Source of the DNA: Macrostomum lignano
Lineage: Eukaryota
DNA: 64,000 bases
Reading direction: 5' to 3'
Assembly (NCBI GenBank): GCA_002269645.1
Contig: NIVC01002558.1
Span: 62,001 to 126,000 of the forward strand
The notes under the pieces are model-generated. The model searched no databases, was not told the origin of the DNA, and saw only the letters and a list, made by a program, of their open reading frames with translations. Made by a program: the position numbers and the translations under genes. Positions 1 through 22,700 of this stretch are shown piece by piece. Each line of letters begins with the position of its first letter. Position 1 is the first letter of the stretch.

Positions 1-581
1 CGGCTTTGTCTGGCGCCATTCTTACGACTGCCCAAGAGGTGACTGCCAAAAGATTGGCTTTCTTATCTTTGTCACGCATGTAGAATTCGAAACTAAATTG
101 CTCCAAATTTTCGAAAATTTCAAATGCAAACAAATACTATTAGCTAATACCACACACCACAAACCACAAATACTAAAAAGCGGTTTTACTGCTGGTGTAT
201 CTCGCTTGGCTTGTGTCTGGAAAGTTCATATTAAAACATTAGCAGTATTTGCTAAATAAGTTGGAACCGCACGAACCTCGCTTTCAGCTGCGCAACTCGA
301 CAGTGCGCCTGGGCGGCCTGGAGTTCAACTGCCACTACTGGGCTCGCCTAACGGCACTGCCCCACCGGCATCGGAAGTCTGTGCCATCGTCGATGCCTGC
401 GCTGCCAAGGCCGAGGAAAACTGCTGCCGTCGAGTGGTGCTTTGTCACCCCGGCTGACTGCCGTGGCCGGCCTGGCTGCGGACCAGAAAGTGAGGAATCT
501 GGTGAGAATTATTAATTAGTTAGTTAGTTAGTCAGTTAATTAGTTAGTTAGTTAGTTAGTTAGTTAATTAGTTAGTTAGTC

Positions 582-638
<57 letters not shown>

Positions 639-697
639 ATTAGTTAGTTAGTCAGTTAGTCAGTTAGTTAGTTAATTAGTTAGTTAGTTAGTTAGTC

Positions 698-746
<49 letters not shown>

Positions 747-913
747 ATTAGTTAGTTAGTCAGTTAGTCAGTTAGTTAGTTAGTCAGTTAGTCAGTTAGT
801 TAGTTAGTTAGTTAATTAGTTAGTTAGTCAGTTAGTCAGTTAGTTAGTTAGTTAGTTAGTCAGTTAGTTAATTAGTTAGTTAGTCAGTTAGTCAGTTAGT
901 CAGTTAGTTAGTC

Positions 914-960
<47 letters not shown>

Positions 961-961
961 C

Positions 962-1052
<91 letters not shown>

Positions 1053-1053
1053 C

Positions 1054-1103
<50 letters not shown>

Positions 1104-3365
1104 ATATTTTATATATTATATTTTAGAAAATGCTTTGCTTAGAAACTTAATCAATCACAGCGTGTATGTAGCGAACAAATTGCTTTCGAAAAAAATGCAA
1201 AAATATCAGTTTCACTGCTTCATTGATTTTGCCAAAGCTTCAGTTGAAGGCTGGGTTGAAGCAGAGCCTTCAGATTCTTAGAAGGAACGATTCGCATTGG
1301 CATTAAGCATATTAAGCATATTCTGTAGTACATGTAAACTAAAGTGAATGCACATTTCGTTGACATATACAGTGATGCACAGAGGTTGCACAGTGACCCT
1401 GACTTTCACAGCGCCCGACATTTTACAGGCGTAATACCGCTGAGCTGATCAGCCCTTGTGGTATCCATCTTTCTCTTAATTTGAAAAGCCTAAATGCAGC
1501 TGTTTATGCTTGTATACGAGTATAATAGTCTTTACTGTAATTTTTTGTCTCCTCAGTGCTCACTATAGCTAAGAACTTTCCCACCTGACCAGGTCCACCG
1601 ACGGCACCAACTGGACTTGACGTGCAGCCCCTAGCTGGCTCCGTTCAAAACCAACCCGGCTGCCTTGTTACCTGGCGACAGCCTCATTCCGGATGGCGGG
1701 CTCCATCCGCTTATCGAATCGTCTGGAGTCCCAGGCTGGACGACTCGGTAATTCCGGATGTCTCCGGCGCCTCGCCGCTGCAGCCGCGCATCGATCCGGA
1801 GCGGGCGAGAACAAGAGTGGTTGACAAGGTAAACTACCTTTCGGAAACTACGTTACATTACATTTATTCCTTGAGGGTTCTCTCACAGCTTGGGCAGAGT
1901 TCGAACACAATTCAACATAAATTCATATTTTTCAGACAGTCACACGCCTGACAATACGGCCGCTCAACAGGGCGACTCTTTATATTGTGAAGGTCCGCAG
2001 CCTCGCATTCCAAGCCAACGGCAATGTGCTCGCTAGCAACGATGTCACGCAGCTCTGCGCTACCGACGGCTTTCTCAGCCTGAAAAGTTCGGGCAGCGCT
2101 GCGGCGGCCATCCAGCACAGGACGGCATTTAACGGTGAGCCAACAGTTCACAGCGATGCTTCAGCCAGCGTCAGCCACTAGCTCACAGCAGACTGTCAGA
2201 CATCATCTCACAGCAAACTGTCAGACACTAGCTCACAGCAGACTGTCAGCTACTAGCTCACAGCAAACTGTCAGACACTAGCTCACAGCAGACTGTCAGA
2301 CATCATCTCACAGCAAACTGTCAGACACTAGCTCACAGCAGACTGTCAGACATCATCTCACAGCAAACTGTCAGACACTAGCTCACAGCAGACTGTCAGC
2401 TACTAGCTCACAGCAAACTGTCAGACACTAGCTCACAGCAGACTGTCAGACATCATCTCACAGCAAACTGTCAGACACTAGCTCACAGCAGACTGTCAGC
2501 TACTAGCTTACAGCAAACTGTCAGACACTAGCTCACAGCAGACTGTCAGCTACTAGCTCACAGCAAACTGTCAGACACTAGCTCACAGCAGACTGTCAGC
2601 TACTAGCTTACAGCAAACTGTCAGACACTAGCTCACAGCAGACTGTCAGACATAATCTCACAGCAAACTGTCAGCCACTAGCTCACAGCAGACTGTCAGC
2701 CACTAGCTCACAGCAGACTGTCAGACACTAGCTCACAGCAAACTGTCAGACACTAGCTCACAGCAAACTGTCAGACACTAGCTCACAGCAAACTATCAGC
2801 CACTAGCTCACAGCAAACTGTCAGACACTAGATCACAGCAAACTGTCAGACACTAGCTCACAGCAAACTGTCAGCCACTAGCTCACAGCAAACTATCAGA
2901 CACTAGATCACAGCAAACTGTCAGACACTAGCTCACAGCAAACTATCAGCCACTAGCTCACAGCAAACTGTCAGACACTAGATCACAGCAAACTGTCAGC
3001 TACTAGCTTACAGCAAACTGTCAGACACTAGCTCACAGCAGACTGTCAGCTACTAGCTCACAGCAAACTGTCAGACACTAGCTCACAGCAGACTGTCAGC
3101 TACTAGCTTACAGCAAACTGTCAGACACTAGCTCACAGCAGACTGTCAGACACTAGCTCACAGAAAACTGTCAGACACCATCTCACAGCAGACTGTCAGA
3201 CACCATGCTACTCAGAATAATTCCGAAAAATCCAAAATTTCAGGCGACTACTCACAGTTCTTGGCAGCGGGCCAGAGTCCAGTACTAAATATCGGATCCG
3301 ACTTAATAAAACAATTATGTATGTTGTTTCTTTGCGCCACAACTTTGCTAGTATTGTTGCGTTAG
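1..3365 (+). CDS. ANOS1: Anosmin-1/KAL-1-like FN3 protein, 3' part (5' truncated by window); exons <1-38, 288-489, 1593-1828, 1936-2134, 3244-3365
   Basis: All junctions are GT-AG and in phase. Translation: ..AQE|LRNSTVRLGGLEFNCHYWARLTAL..EWCFVTPADCRGRPGCGPE|SPPTAPTGLDV..CLVTW..AYRIVWS..|TVTRLTIRPLNRATLYIVKVRSL..|GDYSQF..LCMLFLCATTLLVLLR*. The LxxLxFxCxY, FxTPxxC and LTIxxLxxxTLY patterns match anosmin FN3-3/FN3-4 as I recall them. Confidence 0.72.
514..1103. repeat. (TTAG)n microsatellite with TCAG/TAAT variants, in anosmin intron
   Basis: Directly visible 4-bp repeat of about 590 bp. Confidence 0.97.
2172..3200. repeat. 25-bp minisatellite (CACTAGCTCACAGCA[G/A]ACTGTCAGA) filling the intron 2135-3243
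   Basis: About 40 tandem units visible. Confidence 0.95.
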
Positions 3366-5879
3366 CTTTACAGTGTACATGTTCCTTTTTTAATGATGCT
3401 TTTACAGACTAAAACAGCAAACATCGAATTTTGAGTGCACAGTCTCTGCTGCCATTCGTACAATCTGTACTGCAATCTTAACACATTTAAAAATACACAT
3501 CATTCTGATTCGCATGCAATTCTTCAAAACGATTACGGTATTGCTGTATATGTACGCTTAAGTATCAGTAAGTCAGTCGAATGTTACCGCAGATCAATTG
3601 ATTTAAAAAAACAACGGATGTCATACTTTTACAATCAAATCGGGTGTAGCTGTGGTATACTTACAGCTTCAGATAATTGCAGTAGATTATATCACTGCAG
3701 TTAAATGCATATGCATGTCTATATACATGTATTGTAGTTGTGCTTAAGCTCATCAGTAAATCAAATACATGGATTTAGTTAACTAGTTCCCTGTTTACGC
3801 CGTCTACATGCAGCTAATCAGTGAACGTATACTCGTAGCTACAGATAAGGTCTTCGTGTCAGAGCTGACATGTGAGTTGACACATGCTACACATTTTGGT
3901 AGAGACAGTTTAAATCTAACCGGCGTAAAACACACGAGACAATAACATGTATTGGCTGAAATTTATAGCTATAACTAATACACAGTCAATGCAATCCCAA
4001 AACCTAAAACCCAGTTGAGACAAACTCAGACAAGGAACCACTGAAGTAACGCTGTCGCTAAGTGTACATGTATCATCGAACGAGAGTTTGAATGAATCAA
4101 AGTCATGCCCTTGACCTGAAGAAGAGAGAAAGGACGCAAAACGAAGGGGCAGCCAGTCAGTTTATTAGCAGAGGAGAGGTTAAAGAATAATGATAAGTGC
4201 CAAAAAGAGCAAAGTGTAGTGTGAGCATCTTTTGCGATAGCCTTGTATTCTATTAGTTAGGTTTTGCATTATTGTTATTGAATTATTATTTTGCTTTAGT
4301 TTAGTCATACGTTTTTGGTGTACTTTTTCCTTGTTAGTTAGAATCAATTTTGCGTAAACAGGTTAGAGTTAGACGCCAATTTTGTGACTCAGCGGAGGGT
4401 TGAGTTTTTGTCTGCGAACCCCAGCTTTGCGCGGCCAGCCAACCAGAACCGGCCTGGACCCTGGCACGCGGCAAGTTTCAATTCTACCCGGCGCCGCGGG
4501 CACAATACAATTCGGCTTAAGCAAGCGGCCGGCCAGACGACCACCACCCGGCTTGAGGGGGTTTTGAGTGGTTGTGACTCTGACTATATATGAAAGTGTG
4601 TTTGGCAATCGGATCTCGCCCTTCTCTCCTCGCCTTCAATTCTCTTTCCTGCTCCGTCCCCGGTTTTGATTGTGTTCCAGCTTCCCGGCCGGTGGCCTGT
4701 TTCCCTTTGGTTCGCGCTGTGAGGCGTTTTGATTTCGTCACCCCGGTCCATACTTTGTTCCCCGCCCAACCGCTTCAGTCTTGTAGCGTAACGTCTACGG
4801 CAAATTTCTGTCTGAAGTCGTCGCTATCAAGCGCGGTTAGATAGAGACTGTCTGATCTGATCAAGTACGCGGCCTCGACCCCGAGGGCCTCATTGTCACA
4901 CTAAAGGGCAGTGCCGATAGAATTTAGTCGGTACTCCGTTGAACGGTCGGTTCGGCAGGGCTCTCGTTTGAGAGTAGGTTCTGGTTTAGGCCAGGGGTTA
5001 GGAGTTTTCTCCATGGTCGTGTCCGGTTTTCTTCTTCTTCTTCTCAGCTGAGATCTGCTTGCCAGTTGCGTAATCTAATTATTATTATTAACCGTTATTG
5101 TCGTTTTGTCAACTCTAGTTATCTGCGCCGCTTGAATTTGAATCTTGTAACTTGAAGTAATCAAATTAAATCGTCTAGCCAATTATCAGTTTGTATCATA
5201 GGATCATCACTCTCTAAATCTTTCGGTTCGTGTTCCCTCGTGTTCTTTCTTTTCTTGTACTGTACCTGCGGCTATTGGAGAAAGACTGGTAGGACTCGCC
5301 GACCGGCGATAGGCGATTAGGATTAATAGCTTTAAAATCTCCAAACGCTCCAAGTAGGTTTGTCTAGGGCCTAAATAATTGCTCACCGTGCATGCTATTT
5401 ATCTAATTGCCTTTTTTTATCACAAAAGGTAGAGAGTATACGCAATTGACATGAAGCGCGTCTGATTGATGCGACAGTTTGGAAAAGACCTATTGGATAC
5501 TCAAAATTAATAAAAAAGAATTAACTTCTAATCGGAATCTAATTAATGTCATAGAAAAGCTTTTACTCAAGTAAAAGCACTCGCTTTAAGAGACCTCATA
5601 TAGTTTTGATATATTGCTATTTTCTTTGAAGTTTACTAATTTCAAAAGCATCCCGGCATTTGAATTTTTAGAATTACTACCTCTAAAAATATTTAATAAT
5701 ATAATAAGTTTTTTGTAACTCTGTAATTTGAAAAGAAGAGTTAAAATTTTAATTTCTTTTAGTTTATGATACCATTTCATTTTTAGTAGTAGATTTGAAA
5801 TTTCGAAAACCAAAAACAAACTAAATGTATGGCATGCCTAAGCTGAAAATAGTTCTGGACCTAGTCCTGGAAGTCAGAT

Positions 5880-6080
5880 GTCACATACACGTGACTCCAT
5901 GTCAAACATTAAAGAGCCACCATGTAAAAAATTAAAGAGCTATCATGTCAAACACAAAAGAACCACCATGTCAAACATATAAGAGACACCATGTCAAACA
6001 TAGAAGAGCCACCATGTCAAACATTAAAGAGCCACCATTTCTAACATAAAGAGACACCGTTTCAAACATAAAAAGAAGTG
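5880..6080. repeat. Degenerate ~22-bp repeat (CCACCATGTCAAACATAAAGAG)
   Basis: Recurrent CATGTCAAACA core. Confidence 0.75.
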
Positions 6081-6149
6081 TTATGCCAAACAAAATGGAG
6101 CCACTATAAAGCTAAGGAAATTTTTGCACTAGCTACTTGTTCTCTGGTG

Positions 6150-6640
6150 GATGCTTGCTATTTAAGGATGGATAGAGTCATAGACCTACTTGCTATCAGG
6201 GGGATGCTTGCTATCTAATAAGGGATGCTTGCTATCTGAGGGGGTTGCTAGATATCTATAAGGTCTCTTTGTATCTATCAGGTTATGCTTGCTATCTGGG
6301 GTTGCTTGCAGTCTGGGGGGATGCTTGCTATCTGGGATGCTTGCTATCTTGGGGATGCTTGCTATATTGGGGGATGCTTGCTATCTAGGGGATGCTTGCT
6401 ATCTAGGGGATGCTTGCTATCTAGGGGATGCTTGCTATCTAGGGGATGCTTTCTATCTAGAGTTGCTTGCTATTGGTTGGGGAGATGCTTGAACTATCTG
6501 GGGGATACTTGCAGTCTTGGGGATGCTTGCTATTTGGGGATCAATGCTTGAATGCTCTCTGGAGATGCTTGCTGTCTTGGGGATGCTTGCTATTTGGGGA
6601 TCGATGCTTGAATGCTATCTGGAGATGCTTGCTGTCTTGG
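6150..6640. repeat. ~19-bp minisatellite (GGGGATGCTTGCTATCTAG)
   Basis: Repeated GATGCTTGCTATCT core; explains ORFs 6285-6766. Confidence 0.88.
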
Positions 6641-7759
6641 AATATTTTGTTTTTAGAGGAAATGTCTGTTGTTTTTTATGAAGGCTTTATTTTGCTGTCT
6701 ATTTGTTATTTGTTAAGAACAAGGATTCTATCTAGATGTCCCCCATTGGGGGGCAAAGATTGCTAGTAGCCCCCCCCCCCCTACTAAATAACATTAAATC
6801 TATGCAATTAGATAACTTTACTATAAGTCTATGCATTTGTATTTTAAAAAACCAACTAATGAATACATTTAAACAATGATTGCCAAAAATGTTTCTGCAA
6901 CTTTAGGTTCAACACCTCAAAGGTCTCAAAGTAACTTTACTTGATATAACTTTCTTTTAATATTTGTTTTACTGCAAAAATTAACAATATAATATAAAAT
7001 ATTAAGTTTCTATTTTTAGTACACTTTTTATTTCAAAAGTTTTTTTATATTTGAATTTGTTTAGGTTTCTTGATTTTTTCATATTTAGAAGCATATTTGG
7101 AAATATTTAGAAAATAAAATTTCCAAATCTGAAACATTTGTATTTCTAAAAAAACAAAGATATTTTTTGGAATATTCAGATCTATCACTAATTAGAACTA
7201 AAAAAATCTGATTAGATATAAGCTTATTCTGTTATTATATTACAAATATAATATTACAATATAAGTATATTACAAATTATTATTGATAAATAAATTTTGT
7301 TATACCATTAGATTTGATAGAAATGCCTATTTATTTTAAGATTAGACATAAATAGACCCAATTTTAAATAATCATTTAATTGAGCTCAAAATATATAAAG
7401 GCAATCAATTTTTGCTCTAATTGCATCTTATTTTATTTATTTTGAACTTTCTTTTAATAAAACAAATTTTATTAACCTTTAGATCTAAAAACTGTTGATT
7501 CTGAAGGCACAGACACTATAACACCAATTTTGATGTAGCCTATAGCTAACTCGGTAATTTCTTAAGTGCTCTAGTTGAGCAGCTCTCACTATCACATTTA
7601 TTTATTGTAGCCTTAGAACAAGGCACCGCTCATTCAAGTTGTACTGTAGTGCTAGTGGCGATCATGCCATAGATAAAAGTCTCTATCAAATTAATACATC
7701 TAACAAAAACCATGGTGCATAGTGTATTAAGACCATGGTGCTTCTACTCCATTGACTAG

Positions 7760-8830
7760 AACAAGATGACTAGCACTAATAAAACTTTTTTTGCCACAAC
7801 TGTGTCTCCAGAGGCAGTGACCTAGCAGTATCTAGTGGCACTAGTGCAAGGTGACACTAGTCTAGAACATTGGTGCAGGCCATCAGGTCTCTGGATGTCA
7901 GCCTCTTGGGGTAGTGTGCACCCAGGGTATAGTGCAGCAGTGACCTGTAGAGTGCATCTAGGGCTTGCTCTTCTGTGTCAGTCATTGGTGCCACTTCCAT
8001 GTCATACAGGAGGATTGGCTCCATGACCACGCTGAAGAGGCGCACATTCAGGCTGTCCCTCGTAGGCGGGTTGAAGACGTTTCTGAGCAGGTGCACCGCG
8101 TGCCAGGCCTGATTCCTACTGTTGAAGACAAAATGGAGTCTAGCTTTGTTGCTAGCAATCCGAAATAGCGGAAGTCCTCGCACACATGGCGATGGCATCT
8201 CCTTTGGGCAGCACAAGTGTTAAACCAGTGTCAGTGCCCACGTCCACGTGAATCACCTCTAGCTTGCGCGCATTGACCACCAGCCCCACCCATATTCAGG
8301 AAAGAGTGGAGCATTTGGCAGTATTCGGGTCACATCAAAGGAGCACGATTTCATCGGCATATGCGAGAGCAGGCAGCAGAACAGTAGGGTGTGTGTGTGT
8401 GTGTGTGTATGTAACTGTCGCTCAGTCTGTTGAGTCGCAGAGATGGAGGAAGCTGGCGGCCTTCACGTGTAGCAGAACAAATGCGTGGTATTGTGTGGAG
8501 CAGCCCCGCAGGCCGGAAAAATGTCCTGGATCGAGGGGTCCAGACAGTGCTGGTAGCTGGCAAGGAGCATCGCCCTCTTCAAGGGAGCGGCGCAAATGCG
8601 CGACCATAATGAAGAGCAGGGGAGCCAGCGTCTCACCCGGCAGGACGCCGGAGGTTGTGCTGAACTCCTCGGTGAGGCCGTCCCTCGTCTGGACAAGCGC
8701 CCTGGCTGGAGTCGCTGTAAAGTCCATCATTAGTATATAGTTTAGCCATAAACTATCCATGTGCACCAGGAGAGAAAAAATCCATGATTCAAGAAACCTA
8801 TCAAGAGGCAAATGCTTAAAATGATAGAAA
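7760..8830 (-). mobile_element. 5'-truncated, frameshifted non-LTR retrotransposon (RTE-like RT and C-terminal region)
   Basis: Minus-strand motifs ALVQTRDGLTEEFSTTSGVLPGETLAPLLFIMV (RT GVxQGDxLAPxLF), LAYADEIVL (YADD-like, ~8345-8370) and RLFSVVMEPILLYDME..LDALYRSLL, spread over different frames. A (GT)n tract is inserted at ~8388-8408. Confidence 0.85.
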
Positions 8831-8941
8831 AGAGTATCCAGTATTGGCTAAAAAAGAATTTTGATGCCATGTTGGTTGATTTTATTAAAAAATATTTGGA
8901 TCAGCAGATTAAAAATTTTAAAGCTCTAACTAACAGATTAG

Positions 8942-18337
<9,396 letters not shown>

Positions 18338-18699
18338 ACTGAGTGCCGAATAAATTTTGCGACAATACACCGATGGTAGCTGGTAGCAAAATGCTTTGTC
18401 TCTTATCCAGTAGTAAATGTCTAGCAGGCTTCTGTTTTATCGTTTTGATTCCCGTAAATTTATTCATACAACACGGGCCGGCAAACTCTACGTGCGGCAC
18501 GCGAAGCCTCTCTATCCGGCCCTCGGGTCCGTTGAAACTTCACAATAGCAATGCGGCCCGCTCAGGGCTTGCGTCTCTTCTCAACCCTCTCTTCTCTCTC
18601 CCCTCTACTCACTTTTTTCTCCTCTCCCCATCTTCTTCCCTCTCTCCTTCCATTTACTCTCATCTTCTCTCCTTTGACCTCTCAATTCATCTCATCCCA

Positions 18700-19075
18700 T
18701 CTTCTCTCATCTCTCTAGCGCCTTCTTCTGCCCCCTCCTCTCTTCTTTGCTCTCTAGCCTCTCATCTCTCCTCTCCTCTGTCTCTAGCCTCTCCTCTCTC
18801 CGCTCTTTTCTCTCTAGCCTCTCCCCTCTCCACTCCTCTGTCTCTAGCCTCTCCTCTCTCCGCTCTTTTCTCTCTAGCCTCTCCTCTCTCCGCTCTTTTC
18901 TCTCTAGCCTCTCCTCTCTCCGCTCTTTTCTCTCTAGCCTCTCCTCTCTCCGCTCTTTTCTCTCTAGCCTCTCCTCTCTCCTCTCCTCTTTTCTCCCAAG
19001 CATTCTCCCTCTCCTCTCTCTCTAGCCTCTCCCCTCTCCTCTTCTCTAGCCTCTCCTCTCTCCGCTCTTCTCTGT
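18700..19075. repeat. 30-bp pyrimidine-rich repeat (TCTCTAGCCTCTCCTCTCTCCGCTCTTTTC) downstream of the UCKL1 stop
   Basis: Visible tandem units. Confidence 0.9.
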
Positions 19076-19736
19076 CATCTGGCCATTGAGTTAAAAAAGT
19101 TTGCCAACCTATGATTTACTAGCGAGTAGCGAGAAAAGAATTGTAAGGTTCCGGCCAAGAAATCACAAGTATTAGCGTTTTTTAGATTCTTTAATTTTGC
19201 ATTGGACAATTACTATCCAACAGTGTAAGAAAAGTCATCTAATCTTCATATGCTCGAGGTGTAGAATTAAAAAACCTGCAAATTAGTTAAAATGAGCCAA
19301 ATCAGTAAATGTGTATTTCTGTCTATTTAATTTGCATGTCTGTTTAAGCTGGTACTGCTGCGGCGAAATTTGTTTGAATCATTACTATTTAGTCTCAATA
19401 TATGGCTTCGTATTTCTCTCCTTAAGAAGGCACGGAGACTTTTTATTGCATTAAAATGCTTTAAATTTGTATCTACAATAAGTTGCATCATTGAATTTGC
19501 ATTTCACTGCCGTTTGAAAAACACACTGATCTGATTTTGTTGCTTTCCAATAGTTTGATATTTTTGTTCTATTCGTCTTTACGAAATCGAGAACTTGTTG
19601 CGCAATCTGTCTCTGTGCTTGTTTGATGCTGGAGGGCTTGGCTAATGATGGAGTATTTGATCTTTTATTTCCTGAAATTCATCTTTCTAGATTGTTTACC
19701 TGCTGTGCTTTTCCTTTGCTGTTTCTTCCTTCGTTT

Positions 19737-22700
19737 GAGTCAGTCAGTCAGTCAGTCAGTCAGTCAGTCAGTCAGTCAGTCAGTCAGTCAGTCAGTCAGT
19801 CAGTCAGCCAGTCAGCCAGTCAGTCAGTCAGTCTGACAACCAGTCAGTCAGTCAGTCAGTCAGTCAGTCAGTCAGTCAGTCAGTCAGTCAGTCAGTCAGT
19901 CAGTCAGTCAGTCAGTCAGTCAGTCAGTCAGTCAGTCAGGCAGTCAGTCAATCAGTCAGTCAGTCAGTCAGTCAGTCAGTCAGCCAGTCAGTCTGACAAC
20001 CAGTCAGTCAGTCAGTCAGTCAGTCAGTCAGTCAGTCAGTCTGACAACCAGTCAGTCAGTCTGACAACCAGTCAGTCAGTCAGTCAGTCAGTCAGTCAGT
20101 CAGTCAGTCAGTCAGTCAGTCAGTCAGTCAGTCAGTCAGTCAGTCAGTCAGTCAGTCAGTCAGTCAGTCAGTCAGTCAGTCAGTCAGTCAGTCAGTCAGT
20201 CAGTCAGTCAGTCAGTCAGCCAGTCAGCCAGTCAGTCAGTCAGTCTGACAACCAGTCAGTCAGTCAGTCAGTCAGTCAGTCAGTCAGTCAGTCAGTCAGT
20301 CAGTCAGTCAGTCAGTCAGTCAGTCAGTCAGTCAGGCAGTCAGTCAATCAGTCAGTCAGTCAGTCAGTCAGTCAGTCAGCCAGTCAGTCAGTCAGTCTGA
20401 CAACCAGTCAGTCAGTCAGTCAGTCAGTCAGTCAGTCAGTCAGTCTGACAACCAGTCAGTCAGTCAGTCAGTCAGGCAGTCAGTCAGTCAGTCAGTCAGT
20501 CAGTCAGTCAGTCAGCCAGTCAGTCAGTCAGTCAGTCAGTCAGCCAGTCAGTCAGTCAGTCAATCAGTCAGTCAGCCAGTCAGTCAGTCAGTCAGTCAGC
20601 GAGCCAGTCAGTCAGTCAGTCAATCAGTCAGTCAGCCAGTCAGTCAGTCAGTCAGTCAGTCAGTCAGCGAGCCAGTCAGTCAGTCAGTCAATCAGTCAGT
20701 CAGTCAGTCAGTCAGTCAGTCAGTCAGTCAGTCAGCCAGTCAGCCAGTCAGTCAGTCAGTCTGACAACCAGTCAGTCAGTCAGTCAGTCAGTCAGTCAGT
20801 CAGTCAGTCAGTCAGTCAGTCAGTCAGTCAGTCAGTCAGTCAGTCAGTCAGCCAGTCAGCCAGTCAGTCAGTCAGTCTGACAACCAGTCAGTCAGTCAGT
20901 CAGTCAGTCAGTCAGTCAGTCAGTCAGTCAGTCAGTCAGTCAGTCAGTCAGTCAGTCAGTCAGTCAGTCAGTCAGTCAGTCAGTCAGTCAGGCAGTCAGT
21001 CCGTCAGCCAGTCAGTGTCAGGCAGTCAGTCAGTCAGGCAGTCAGTCAATCAGTCAGTCAGTCAGTCAGTCAGTCAGTCAGCCAGTCAGTCAGTCAGTCT
21101 GACAACCAGTCAGTCAGTCAGTCAGTCAGTCAGTCAGTCAGTCAGTCTGACAACCAGTCAGTCAGTCAGTCAGTCAGGCAGTCAGTCAGTCAGTCAGTCA
21201 GTCAGTCAGTCAGTCAGCCAGTCAGTCAGTCAGTCAGTCAGTCAGCCAGTCAGTCAGTCAGTCAATCAGTCAGTCAGCCAGTCAGTCAGTCAGTCAGTCA
21301 GCGAGCCAGTCAGTCAGTCAGTCAATCAGTCAGTCAGTCAGTCAGTCAGCCAGTCAGCCAGTCAGTCAGTCAGTCTGACAACCAGTCAGTCAGTCAGTCA
21401 GTCAGTCAGTCAGTCAGTCAGTCAGTCAGTCAGTCAGTCAGTCAGTCAGTCAGTCAGTCCGTCAGCCAGTCAGTGTCAGGCAGTCAGTCAGTCAGGCAGT
21501 CAGTCAATCAGTCAGTCAGTCAGTCAGTCAGCCAGTCAGCCAGTCAGTCAGTCAGTCTGACAACCAGTCAGTCAGTCAGTCAGTCAGTCAGTCAGTCAGT
21601 CAGTCTGACAACCAGTCAGTCAGTCAGTCAGTCAGTCAGGCAGTCAGTCAGTCAGTCAGTCAGTCAGTCAGTCAGTCAGTCAGTCAGTCAGTCAGTCAGT
21701 CAGTCAGTCAGTCAGTCAGTCAGTCAGTCAGCCAGTCAGTCAGTCAGTCAGTCAGTCAGCCAGTCAGTCAGTCAGTCAGTCAGCCAGTCAGTCAGTCAGT
21801 CAATCAGTCAGTCAGCCAGTCAGTCAGTCAGTCAGTCAGTCAGTCAGCGAGCCAGTCAGTCAGTCAGTCAATCAGTCAGTCAGTCAGTCAGTCAGCCAGT
21901 CAGTCAGTCAGTCTGACAACCAGTCAGTCAGTCAGTCAGTCAGTCAGTCAGTCAGTCAGTCAGTCAGTCAGTCAGTCAGTCAGTCAGTCAGTCAGTCAGT
22001 CAGTCAGCCAGTCAGCCAGTCAGTCAGTCAGTCAGTCAGTCAGCCAGTCAGTCAGTCAGTCAGTCAGTCAGTCAGTCAGTCAATCAGTCAGTCAGCCAGT
22101 CAGTCAGTCAGTCAGCCAGTCAGCCAGTCAGTCAGTCAGTCTGACAACCAGTCAGTCAGTCAGTCAGTCAGTCAGTCAGTCAGTCAGTCAGTCAGTCCGT
22201 CAGCCAGTCAGTGTCAGGCAGTCAGTCAGTCAGTCAGCCAGTCAGTCAGTCAGTCAATCAGTCAGTCAGCCAGTCAGTCAGTCAGTCAGTCAGTCAGTCA
22301 GCGAGGCAGTCAGTCAGTCAGTCAATCAGTCAGTCAGTCAGTCAGTCAGTCAGTCAGTCAGTCAGTCAGTCAGCCAGTCAGCCAGTCAGTCAGTCAGTCT
22401 GACAACCAGTCAGTCAGTCAGTCAGTCAGTCAGTCAGTCAGTCAGTCAGTCAGTCAGTCAGTCAGTCAGTCAGTCAGTCAGTCAGTCAGGCAGTCAGTCC
22501 GTCAGCCAGTCAGTGTCAGGCAGTCAGTCAGTCAGGCAGTCAGTCAATCAGTCAGTCAGTCAGTCAGTCAGTCAGTCAGCCAGTCAGTCAGTCAGTCTGA
22601 CAACCAGTCAGTCAGTCAGTCAGTCAGTCAGTCAGTCAGTCAGTCTGACAACCAGTCAGTCAGTCAGTCAGTCAGGCAGTCAGTCAGTCAGTCAGTCAAT

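Noticed and set aside
514-1103. Interstitial telomeric repeat
   Set aside because: The unit is TTAG, not TTAGG or TTAGGG; it is an ordinary tetranucleotide microsatellite.
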